In this document: positions 9,770 to 17,954 of the stretch, one piece after another
Layout: each line of letters starts with the position of its first letter
Numbering within the stretch: position 1 is the stretch's first letter
NCBI GenBank assembly: GCA_051874735.1
Contig: JBJEGD010000035.1
Location: 65,488 to 99,295 of the forward strand
Length of the DNA: 33,808 nucleotides
Direction of reading: 5' to 3'
Source of the DNA: Candidatus Bruticola sp.
GTDB lineage: Bacteria; Vulcanimicrobiota; Xenobia; Xenobiales; Xenobiaceae
The notes under the pieces: generated by a model
Database searches by the model: none
The model's input: only the letters and a program-made list of their open reading frames with translations
Told to the model about the DNA's origin: nothing
Position numbers and translations under genes: made by a program

Positions 9770-9858
9770 GCTTTAACCCAGCAAACGCAGTCTTTTTCTT
9801 CGGGATCAGCATTGATAGCTGCGGCAATTACAGCATTAACTTCTTTGGTCTCTGCCAT
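9766..9858 (-). CDS. Putative RiPP precursor peptide, 30 aa: MAETKEVNAVIAAAINADPEEKDCVCWVKA
   Basis: AAGGAG 8 nt before ATG 9858; TGA overlaps the radical SAM GTG; acidic/Ala leader and C-terminal CVCWVK. An in-frame GTG at 9987 (AGGAG 11 nt upstream) would give a 73-aa form. Confidence 0.7.
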   Translation of the reverse strand: MAETKEVNAVIAAAINADPEEKDCVCWVKA

Positions 9859-10058
9859 GTTGATATCTCCTTGTATTGTTAGGCGGCGGGGATCTGCTAA
9901 TAAAGCAGTCTCGTCTTGTATTGTATCTGTTCTGGAGAACGCTCTGCACAAGTGACGCCAGAAAACAGGTCTCCCGCCTTCGCCCACTAATAAAAGTGCT
10001 CCTGCCTTAAATTTTTTGGCAGTCGCCTATCGCTATTAAAGTTCACCAAGCAATAGGT

Positions 10059-11402
10059 CTATTTGTCTTTAGAGGGTTGCTGCTTGGAACTTTCAGATGA
10101 ATCTGAAGTAGGAGAGGGGGCGCCCTGTTGGGTTATTGTCTTGTTTTTCTGATTTGTATGGCCATAATTGCGCAGCTTGTTAACGAGCCGTTTACTACCT
10201 TGAACTTTGCCATGTACTTTGTTGACAATTTGCTTAACAGATTCGGTCGCTGACACGGTGCCGTTTTCTTCAGGAGGGTAGGGCGTATCCGGCTGACGCA
10301 TATCTTCCTCAGTAAGGGGGCCAAAAGCGGGGTTCTTTTCCACATAGAATTCTATAATAACTCGGGCAATAGCTGCTAGTGGGATCGCTACCAACATGCC
10401 CATAATACCTCCTAATTCAGCTCCGGCAATTAAGGCTACCATAACGGTGAGGGGAGGCAGTTTTACAGAACGTCCGATAACAGCAGGAACAATAATATGC
10501 CCTTCCAGCCAATGAACGGCCTGAAGCACAATTATCGTAAAGATCGCAAATAAAGGACCTTTATTCAGAAGAGCGATGATAAAAGCTGGAATGTAGCTTA
10601 TCGCTACACCTACGTAAGGAATAATGTCGATAATACCGGAAAACACACCGATTAAGACAGCGTAGTCTATACCCATAATCCACAAGGATAGACCGACAAA
10701 GAAGCCGATGGTAATGCAGACAATCAGTTGACCGCAGATAAATTTTCCTAAAACATAGTCTATGCGTCTAAGTAAATCGACAGCTCCTGGACGCCATTTC
10801 TTGGGCAAACAGCCGACAAAACTTTCTTTGTACACGCCAGCGTCTATTAAAATATAGAAGACCAGCAGAGGCACCAAAATAGCTCCGCCCATGATGCTAG
10901 CCATGCTGCGCATACCGGACAGGAAGCCGGGCATAGAACTTTTGACCAGGCTAGGGCTGTTGTTTTGCATAAAGTGAACGAGATGGCTGGGGCTGAGCTT
11001 TTCGGGGTTGACTATCGGTTTAAGAGAAGATGGCAGCCAGCTCTGTATATAGAGACACCATTTTGAGGTCATTTGGCTCAAGTTGGCCGACATAGTGCTC
11101 ATATTGCTAATTAAGCGATGAAATTCCAGCTTGACTATAGGCAGCAAATAGGCTACGAAAAATGATATGAGGGCTATTAAAACTATATAAACGATAGCTA
11201 TAGCCGCCGTCTTCGGTATGCCTTTCTGGTGTAGCCAGCTTACTCCAGGTGAGATTAAGTAAGTTACCAAAATAGAGACCACCAAAATATTGATGATCAT
11301 ATGGATTTGGCCTAAGAACCAGCACAATAAGCCAACTAAAATTAAAAGGCCCAGAATGTAAATTACGATCTGGTATTTATTTCTATTATTATCAGGTTCC
11401 AT
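10059..11402 (-). CDS. AI-2E (PerM-like) family transporter
   Basis: Multiple TM helices; family motifs IPYVG, QAVHWLEGHIIVPAVIG, LPPL, GGIMGMLVAIPLAA; hydrophilic C-terminal tail. Confidence 0.88.
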   Translation of the reverse strand: MEPDNNRNKYQIVIYILGLLILVGLLCWFLGQIHMIINILVVSILVTYLISPGVSWLHQKGIPKTAAIAIVYIVLIALISFFVAYLLPIVKLEFHRLISNMSTMSANLSQMTSKWCLYIQSWLPSSLKPIVNPEKLSPSHLVHFMQNNSPSLVKSSMPGFLSGMRSMASIMGGAILVPLLVFYILIDAGVYKESFVGCLPKKWRPGAVDLLRRIDYVLGKFICGQLIVCITIGFFVGLSLWIMGIDYAVLIGVFSGIIDIIPYVGVAISYIPAFIIALLNKGPLFAIFTIIVLQAVHWLEGHIIVPAVIGRSVKLPPLTVMVALIAGAELGGIMGMLVAIPLAAIARVIIEFYVEKNPAFGPLTEEDMRQPDTPYPPEENGTVSATESVKQIVNKVHGKVQGSKRLVNKLRNYGHTNQKNKTITQQGAPSPTSDSSESSKQQPSKDK

Positions 11403-11449
11403 ATTTAATACAGGTTAAAAATCCTTAATGTATATTTTCAAGAATAATT

Positions 11450-12463
11450 TTAGAAAGCTACAACAACCTTTCTGGCTTCTATTATACCTGCAGTATTGGC
11501 CATGCCCTGCACAGATACGGCCATTCCCGGTTGAATATTAGCTATATCTACATTCTGTCCTGAAGTATTGACTGGACTGATCATTTGGTGAATGGTAACT
11601 TGAATAGGTTGACTCTGACCATCTGGCATAATGGTGAGGCTGCGCGTGCGAGCGTCTGCATTCATGACTCTTCCGTTAAAATTTACCAACTGCATAGAAA
11701 AAGGACCGCCGGGAGCGGGCATAAAATTATTTTTCTCGTCTTTATCTTTATCATCGCTGCCACTTATAAGGGCTGCAGTGCTGTTAAATTCCGCTTGATT
11801 TCCCAAAGAATAGGGATTATTGGCATAGGGATTAGCTCCGCCGATTAAAGGATTTTGATTGGGAGCTCCTGGATTATTTTGCGGAGATGTTTGTGTAGCT
11901 GGAATTGCACCCTGAGCAGCCAAAGCAGGATTCCCTGCAGTGGGGGCCGCTGTATTATTTGAACCTGGAAAATTGCCGCCTATACCTAATGGGCCCATGA
12001 CGTTGGGGGTAGCGTTATTAGCATTGGAAAAGACGCTGGTAAGAGTTGCCGCTGGTCCGGCTGTACCGGCAAATCCGCCTACTGTGGTTGGGTTGGGAGT
12101 ACCTGCGTGACGGGCTACTACATTTTTAGACGACATGTAGTCGGCTATTAAATCGCATTCTAGAGGATCGCCAACTACTGAACCGCAGATACGCACGCAG
12201 ACTCTCATTTGAGGACGAAAAGAGTTACATGAAGTTTTGTTGCCATTAACCATAAATTGGCAGCCAGGGCGCATAATTATGGTTTTAACGACTCCGTCAT
12301 CGCGCTGTAATTGTAGACGTCTTCCTCCAGGATTGTAGCTTTTAATTGTTCCGGAAATAGTTGGTTTTCCAGCCCAAGCTGAAACAGGTATAAAAAGTAA
12401 TACCAGCATAAGTGCGGCTATCATTCTGCCTATTGATTTATGTGCAAGAACAGTCTGAGCCAT
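11450..12463 (-). CDS. Secreted protein with two OB-fold-like (DUF5666-like) domains and a Pro/Asn/Gly linker
   Basis: Signal peptide ending AWA; similar N- and C-terminal domains (ISGTIKSYNPGGRRLQL...MRVCVR vs FNGRVMNADARTRSLTI...MAVSVQG); AGGAG 12 nt before ATG 12463 (TTG 12472 is the alternative start). Confidence 0.6.
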   Translation of the reverse strand: MAQTVLAHKSIGRMIAALMLVLLFIPVSAWAGKPTISGTIKSYNPGGRRLQLQRDDGVVKTIIMRPGCQFMVNGNKTSCNSFRPQMRVCVRICGSVVGDPLECDLIADYMSSKNVVARHAGTPNPTTVGGFAGTAGPAATLTSVFSNANNATPNVMGPLGIGGNFPGSNNTAAPTAGNPALAAQGAIPATQTSPQNNPGAPNQNPLIGGANPYANNPYSLGNQAEFNSTAALISGSDDKDKDEKNNFMPAPGGPFSMQLVNFNGRVMNADARTRSLTIMPDGQSQPIQVTIHQMISPVNTSGQNVDIANIQPGMAVSVQGMANTAGIIEARKVVVAF

Positions 12464-12663
12464 GATGCGCAAATTCTCCTTTGTTATTTATTTAATTTTA
12501 CATAATTTCAATTTGGTTAGGCTACCCTCTTATATTGATCAACTTGTTTTTGAGGATAGCGCTTTAGAGGAAGAGGCCCTTTTATTAAGAACTAGTTCGG
12601 AACAGTTGTTTCGTTGTATTCGCTTTTACAGCGGGATAATTATATACTGGAGGTTTCGCTAGA

Positions 12664-13056
12664 ATGGATGCCAAGACAAATGCTTTGGTAAAGAGTTTAA
12701 TTCACATGATGTGGGCCGATGGAGTTATTGAGGAGTATGAGCGGGAATTCTTGGGTGGTGTTGTAGCAGAGTTGGGCTGTACCAAAGAAGAAATGGATGA
12801 AATCGCTCAAATGATGGCTGCTCCTCCGACTGAACCGCTCGATTTTGATATCGACAGTATAGATCAGGCCAAACGTGAAGAAATTCTGCAGATTGCTGCT
12901 ACTATGGCCATGGTAGACGGTGTTTTAGCTGGCAGTGAAAAGAATTTGATAGAACTTCTGGCTGCTCATTTAGAAATACCTATTGCCAGACGTCAGGCCT
13001 TGGTAGATGAAATCCGTCAGGGCGTCACTTCGGTACGTTCCTTAAGAGAGGAATAA
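12664..13056 (+). CDS. TerB-like family protein
   Basis: Duplicated motif MMWADGVIEEYEREFL / MAMVDGVLAGSEKNLI; GGAGG RBS. Confidence 0.75.
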   Translation: MDAKTNALVKSLIHMMWADGVIEEYEREFLGGVVAELGCTKEEMDEIAQMMAAPPTEPLDFDIDSIDQAKREEILQIAATMAMVDGVLAGSEKNLIELLAAHLEIPIARRQALVDEIRQGVTSVRSLREE

Positions 13057-13062
13057 TTTTTT

Positions 13063-13803
13063 TTGCCGTTTGTTCAGCCTGTAATTGCTTTTGAAGATAG
13101 CGCCTTGGTTGTGGTTGTCAAGCCGACAGGTCTGCCTGCTCAGCCGGATCCCAGCCGGGCGTTTTCTCTTTTAGATTGGGCCCAACAGTATTGGAAGCAA
13201 GCTTGTGTGATCAATCGTCTCGATCGTCCCGCTGGAGGGCTTATGCTGCTAGCCAAAACGCCAGCTGCCGCGGCGCAGGTGAATAAGTTGCTTCAGACTG
13301 GGCAGATCGAAAAAACTTACCTAGTTTTGGCCGAAAATGGCAGCCAACGGTTAAAAACTTCTGCCTTTTTGGAAAATTATCTACTTAAGTACGGATGCAC
13401 CAACCTCTCAAAAGTAGTCGAAGCCGGTACTGCAGGGGCTAAAGTCGCTCGGCTGCACTATAAAATTTTAGCGGTGGGCAAAACACGTACCCTGCTAGAG
13501 ATAAGGTTGGAAACGGGGCGCCATCATCAGATTCGCGCTCAGTTTTCCCATTTAGGATGTCCGGTGGCCGGCGATGTTAAATATAGAGCCAGACGTGCTC
13601 TGCGTCAGGGTGGTATAGCACTTTGGTCTTATAAACTTAGTTTTTTCTGGAAGGGAAGAGAGCGTAAGTTCATTTGTTATCCTTCAGGACCAGCCTGGCG
13701 ACCGTTTCTAGATATGATTGGGATTAGCTCTGCCCAAGCCTGTATACAAAAACTGAGCGCAAACGTTGAGGCGCCGATGGGGACGGCGGAGGAGCGTAAG
13801 TGA
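13063..13803 (+). CDS. RluA-family pseudouridine synthase
   Basis: KPTGL, NRLDRPAGG (catalytic Asp), KTYL, TGRHHQIRAQ, GDVKY. Confidence 0.9.
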   Translation: MPFVQPVIAFEDSALVVVVKPTGLPAQPDPSRAFSLLDWAQQYWKQACVINRLDRPAGGLMLLAKTPAAAAQVNKLLQTGQIEKTYLVLAENGSQRLKTSAFLENYLLKYGCTNLSKVVEAGTAGAKVARLHYKILAVGKTRTLLEIRLETGRHHQIRAQFSHLGCPVAGDVKYRARRALRQGGIALWSYKLSFFWKGRERKFICYPSGPAWRPFLDMIGISSAQACIQKLSANVEAPMGTAEERK

Positions 13804-14567
13804 GTCCTTATTCAGAAGTTACGCTAGGGCTTTCCTTCATTAGAGCATTCGAATATTCTGATTGGGGAAAAATCGTCTTAAGACGCACTAGCAAAGCGAA
13901 TGCTTATAATCAGCAGATGCTCGAAGAATTTGAGCGGGTGCTGCAGATGTGGCACCGTCAGAAAATGAAGGCTCTTTTGATAGAGTCTGAGTCGCCTCGT
14001 TTTTTTTGCGCTGGAGCTGACAAAAATGAGCTGCAGACCAGGTCGGGAGAAGACGCTTTTGAGTTGTACGTCCGTCAGGTATGGGCTGAACTATATAATT
14101 GGCCCGGAGTAACTGTGGCTTTAATTTGTGGAGCTGCACGAGGGGGAGGGGTAGAAATGGCTCTAGCTTGCGATTTGCGTATCGTTTCTGCTGAGGCGAG
14201 TTTGTCATTTCCTGAATTGTCCTTAGGCCTTATGCCGGCTGCAGGCGGTATCGGTCGTTTAGTGCAGCTAGTCGGTCTAAGTACGGCTAAAGATATGGTG
14301 CTGACTGGCCGCTTGCTCAGCGGGCAATCGGCAAAAAACTGCGGCCTAGCTCAGTACTTTGCTGCTAACAACCAGGAAGCAGCAAATTTGGCTGAAACGA
14401 TTGTTCAGCGAGTTGCGGCTCTCGATTATTGCGCTTTGCGCTTGGCTAAGATGGCCTGCAATGCAGCTGTGGGCAGCGGAGGTGACTCTGATACTCAAGC
14501 TGCTTTAGAAAGTGCTTCTCAAGCTTTTTTATATGAGAGACAGGCTCAAAAGTTAGGAAAACGGTAA
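13800..14567 (+). CDS. Enoyl-CoA hydratase/crotonase (possible DpgB/DpgD-type partner)
   Basis: FCAGAD, ARGGGVEMALACDLRI, FPELSLGLMPAAGG; GTGA overlap with the upstream gene. Confidence 0.9.
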   Translation: MSPYSEVTLGLSFIRAFEYSDWGKIVLRRTSKANAYNQQMLEEFERVLQMWHRQKMKALLIESESPRFFCAGADKNELQTRSGEDAFELYVRQVWAELYNWPGVTVALICGAARGGGVEMALACDLRIVSAEASLSFPELSLGLMPAAGGIGRLVQLVGLSTAKDMVLTGRLLSGQSAKNCGLAQYFAANNQEAANLAETIVQRVAALDYCALRLAKMACNAAVGSGGDSDTQAALESASQAFLYERQAQKLGKR

Positions 14568-14569
14568 AA

Positions 14570-15649
14570 ATGGATAACCCAAGAATAGCTTCTATCGGTA
14601 CGGCTGTGCCGCCAACTTCTTATACCCAAGCAGAATTAGCCCAATACTTTGGCGTCAATAATCGCAAAATTCAAGCACTTTTCTCTAATAGCCATATTGA
14701 GAAGCGCCATTTAACTTTGCCTGTTTTAGAAGAACTTATTCGGAGTAAGAGTAACGCTCTGCCCGTACAAAGTGAAGATCCCGATATTTTAGCTGCCAGG
14801 CATCGTCAGGGAGTGCTAAATTTAGGCTCAGAAGCTCTGCGTCAGGCTTTGCATCAGGCTGGTCTCGCTCCGGATAAGTTAGATTATATAGCTTGTGTCA
14901 CTTCTACTGGCTTTCTTTGTCCCGGAGCCAGTGCTCTTTTAACTAAGGAGCTTGGACTAGCGGAAGATATATTCCGCCTCGATATTGTGGGTATGGGATG
15001 TAATGCCGCTATGAATGCTTTACAGCCTTTGACCAATTTTCTGCGTGTTTACCCTGACAAAACGGCGGCTTTAGTCTGTATCGAAAATTGTTCGGCAGCT
15101 TATGTCGTCGATGAAAAGATGGTGACGGCTGTAGTTAACTCCCTATTCGGCGATGCTTGTGTCGCTTTAATTCTTACGGGCAGCCGTTTTAAAGAGGCCC
15201 CAGTCAATCCTAATTTGCCAGAGGTGCTCGATTTTGAAAGTCAGATAGTTACTGAAGCTCAGCATACTATGCGTTTCGAACACCAGCAGGGACGTCTATC
15301 TTTTTTCCTTGATAAGGACATTCCTTATTTCTTAGGGCAAAATGCTCATAAACCAGTGCGGCGCCTATGGGAACGTCATAATCTTAAAAAGCGCGATATC
15401 TCATGGTGGCTGGTTCATTCTGGCGGCAAAAAAGTTATCGACAGCATAAAAATGAATTTGGGGCTGTCTGATTACGATTTGCGCCATACGATTAGTATTT
15501 TAGCTGAGTACGGCAACATATCATCCTGTTCGGTGCTTTGGGCCTTAAAGCGTTTGAGCGATGAAGCGATAGCTCAGCCCGGAGATCTAGCTACTATTAT
15601 CACTATGGGGCCTGGGGCTTCAATTGAAACAGCGCTGTTGCGTTGGTAG
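14570..15649 (+). CDS. dpgA: Type III polyketide synthase, DpgA (3,5-dihydroxyphenylacetyl-CoA synthase)-like
   Basis: Cys-His-Asn triad in GMGC, HSGG, GNISS; segments CVTSTGF, DIVGMGCNA, CSAAY, AVVNSLFGD, HSGGKKVID, DLRHT, TMGPG.SIETAL..W resemble actinobacterial DpgA as recalled. Confidence 0.8.
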   Translation: MDNPRIASIGTAVPPTSYTQAELAQYFGVNNRKIQALFSNSHIEKRHLTLPVLEELIRSKSNALPVQSEDPDILAARHRQGVLNLGSEALRQALHQAGLAPDKLDYIACVTSTGFLCPGASALLTKELGLAEDIFRLDIVGMGCNAAMNALQPLTNFLRVYPDKTAALVCIENCSAAYVVDEKMVTAVVNSLFGDACVALILTGSRFKEAPVNPNLPEVLDFESQIVTEAQHTMRFEHQQGRLSFFLDKDIPYFLGQNAHKPVRRLWERHNLKKRDISWWLVHSGGKKVIDSIKMNLGLSDYDLRHTISILAEYGNISSCSVLWALKRLSDEAIAQPGDLATIITMGPGASIETALLRW

Positions 15650-15860
15650 TAGCGCGAATTGTAACTTAACGCAACTGAGGCGGGTGTCTGTTCGGCTGGG
15701 ACCTATTTATTTTTTGTATATCGTGTCAAAAATTCTAATATTACTCTAACACTCAGCAAGCATATTTCTTATATCGGAAGTAGTACATTATCAGCGAGAG
15801 AAAAGAAGTTTAGCATCCGCCCCCAAGATGGGGGGAGGGCGGATGAGGAGGATAAGTTTT

Positions 15861-17708
15861 ATGTCTAAAGTTGTCGGTATAGATTTAGGAACTACTAACT
15901 CAGTAATTGCTTTTATGGAAAACGGTAAGCCTACAGTTATTGCCAATGCTGAAGGTAATCGTACTACCCCGTCCGTGGTAGGTTTCTCTAAGACTGGTGA
16001 GCGCTTGGTCGGTGAATTGGCTAAGCGTCAAGCTGTAAGTAATCCTCATGGCACTGTCTCCTCCATTAAGCGTCATATGGGCAGCAATCATCGTGTGGAG
16101 ATTGATGGTAAGAAATATTCTCCCGAAGAAATTTCTGCTATGATTCTGCAGAAGCTGAAGACTGACGCTGAGGCTTATTTGGGTGAGCCCGTAAAAGAGG
16201 CCGTTATTACCGTTCCCGCTTATTTCAACGACTCGCAGCGTCAAGCTACTAAGAATGCTGGTATTATCGCCGGTTTAGATGTAAAGAGAATTATTAACGA
16301 GCCTACGGCTGCCGCTTTGGCTTATGGCCTCGATAAAGGCGAAGGCGATATGAAGGTTGTAGTCTTCGACTTAGGAGGCGGCACCTTCGATGTGTCTATT
16401 TTGGAAATCGGAGACGGCGTTTTCGAAGTTAAAGCTACCAACGGTGATACTAAGTTGGGCGGCGACGACTGGGATATGCGTATCGTAGATAAGATCGCTG
16501 AAGACTTCAAAAAAGAGCACGGTATCGATCTGCGCCAAGACAAGATGGCCGCTCAGCGTATTAAAGACGCTGCTGAGAAAGCTAAGATTGAACTGTCCCA
16601 GATGCTGACAGTCAATATTAACCAACCCTTCATTACAGCTGATGCCAGTGGCCCTAAGCACTTAGATATGAATTTGACCCGTGCTCAGTTCGAGGCTTTG
16701 ACGGCTGACTTGCTGGAAAGATGCGAGATTCCTTGCCGTAAGGCTTTGGAAGATTCCGGTTTGAAGAAGAGCGATATCGACCGTGTGCTGTTGGTTGGTG
16801 GCTCCACCCGTATGCCTCAGGTTGTCGAGTTTGTCCGCAAATTCTTCGGCAAAGAGCCTTCCAAAGATATTAACCCCGATGAGTGCGTAGCTTTGGGCGC
16901 TGCTATTCAAGGTGCTGTGATTACTGGCGAAGTCAAAGATGTAGTCTTAGTCGATGTAACTCCTCTGTCCCTCGGTATTGAGACTTTGGGTGGTGTGATG
17001 ACTAAGCTGATTGAGCGCAACACTGCTATCCCTTGCAAGAAGAGTGAAGTATTTTCTACAGCTGCTGATATGCAGACTCAGGTGGAAATCCACGTGTTGC
17101 AGGGCGAGCGTGAATTCGTCCGCGATAACAAGACTTTAGGCCGCTTCTCCCTTACCGATATTCCGCCGGCACCCAGAGGGGTACCTCAGATCGAAGTTTC
17201 CTTCGAGATTGATGCTAACGGTATTATCAACGTCAGTGCTATAGACAAGGGCACCGGTAAGAGCCAGAACATTAAGATTACTGCTTCTACGAACTTGTCA
17301 AAAGAAGAAGTTGACCGTATGGTAAAAGATGCCGATGCTCATGCCAGCGAGGACAAAAAGAAACGTGAAGAGGTAGAGCTGCGTCATAAGGCTGACAGTC
17401 TGGTTTATCAGATTGAGAAGGCATTGCGTGACGCTGGTGATAAGGTTCCAGCTTCAGTAAAAGATCCTATCGAAAAAGCTATGGAGAGAGTTAAGAAGGC
17501 TTCTTCCGCTGAGCCTTTGGATCGCGATGAGCTTAAGAAAGCTACTGACGAGTTGGCCCAGACCGCTCAGAAGATTGGTGAGAGCCTCTATCAGTCCGGT
17601 GCTGCTGGCCAGGCCGGAGCTGGTGCCGCTGGTCAAGAGGCACCTCAAGGTGGCAAGACTGATGGCGATGAAGAAGTAGTCGATGCCGATTACACCGTCA
17701 AAGATTAG
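15861..17708 (+). CDS. dnaK: Chaperone DnaK (Hsp70), 615 aa
   Basis: [36 protein letters not shown]; GAGGAGG at 15845-15851 supports ATG 15861 rather than 15828. Confidence 0.98.
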   Translation: MSKVVGIDLGTTNSVIAFMENGKPTVIANAEGNRTTPSVVGFSKTGERLVGELAKRQAVSNPHGTVSSIKRHMGSNHRVEIDGKKYSPEEISAMILQKLKTDAEAYLGEPVKEAVITVPAYFNDSQRQATKNAGIIAGLDVKRIINEPTAAALAYGLDKGEGDMKVVVFDLGGGTFDVSILEIGDGVFEVKATNGDTKLGGDDWDMRIVDKIAEDFKKEHGIDLRQDKMAAQRIKDAAEKAKIELSQMLTVNINQPFITADASGPKHLDMNLTRAQFEALTADLLERCEIPCRKALEDSGLKKSDIDRVLLVGGSTRMPQVVEFVRKFFGKEPSKDINPDECVALGAAIQGAVITGEVKDVVLVDVTPLSLGIETLGGVMTKLIERNTAIPCKKSEVFSTAADMQTQVEIHVLQGEREFVRDNKTLGRFSLTDIPPAPRGVPQIEVSFEIDANGIINVSAIDKGTGKSQNIKITASTNLSKEEVDRMVKDADAHASEDKKKREEVELRHKADSLVYQIEKALRDAGDKVPASVKDPIEKAMERVKKASSAEPLDRDELKKATDELAQTAQKIGESLYQSGAAGQAGAGAAGQEAPQGGKTDGDEEVVDADYTVKD

Positions 17709-17774
17709 TTTACCACTTCAAATCAAGCGAGCTCCGCTCTAGGCAGACAGATGCTGATAGCGGACTGTGAGTAC

Positions 17775-17809
17775 AAATAGGCGCGGTTTAGGCCGGGCCT
17801 ATTTTATTT
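17775..17809 (+). terminator. Probable terminator of dnaK
   Basis: AAATAGGCgCGG...CCGgGCCTATTT then T-rich run. Confidence 0.6.
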
Positions 17810-17882
17810 GAGCGAGTATTTTCGTCTTGGGGGCAACTTCTTAGATATTGATACCAATTCCGTATTATGTATAAAGAGCGTT

Positions 17883-17921
17883 AAAAAAGCAGCCGCAATT
17901 TTTTTAATTCGGCTGCTTTTT
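17883..17921. terminator. Bidirectional terminator downstream of amidohydrolase
   Basis: AAAAAAGCAGCCG...CGGCTGCTTTTT. Confidence 0.8.
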
Positions 17922-17954
17922 ATGTTCTTTAAGTAGATTAAAGATTATATTTAA

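Noticed and set aside
12600-12611. Gram-positive LexA box (GAAC-agtt-GTTT)
   Set aside because: One mismatch in an 8-base motif, single site, and flanking genes are not SOS genes.
13057-13064. T8 tract at the RluA-like start (and other T/A runs near 25150-25215) as phase-variation sites
   Set aside because: Runs of this length are expected in AT-rich spacers and would not frameshift a gene.
15746-15772. CIRCE operator upstream of dnaK
   Set aside because: Only the left half (CTAACACTC) resembles TTAGCACTC; the right half after 9 nt matches 3 of 9.
15828-15860. Longer DnaK N-terminus ([11 protein letters not shown])
   Set aside because: It runs through the hairpin and SD; [10 protein letters not shown] is the canonical start.
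15900-17648. Antisense ORFs within dnaK and similar short ORFs overlapping other genes
   Set aside because: Shadow frames of well-supported genes, with no RBS or motifs.
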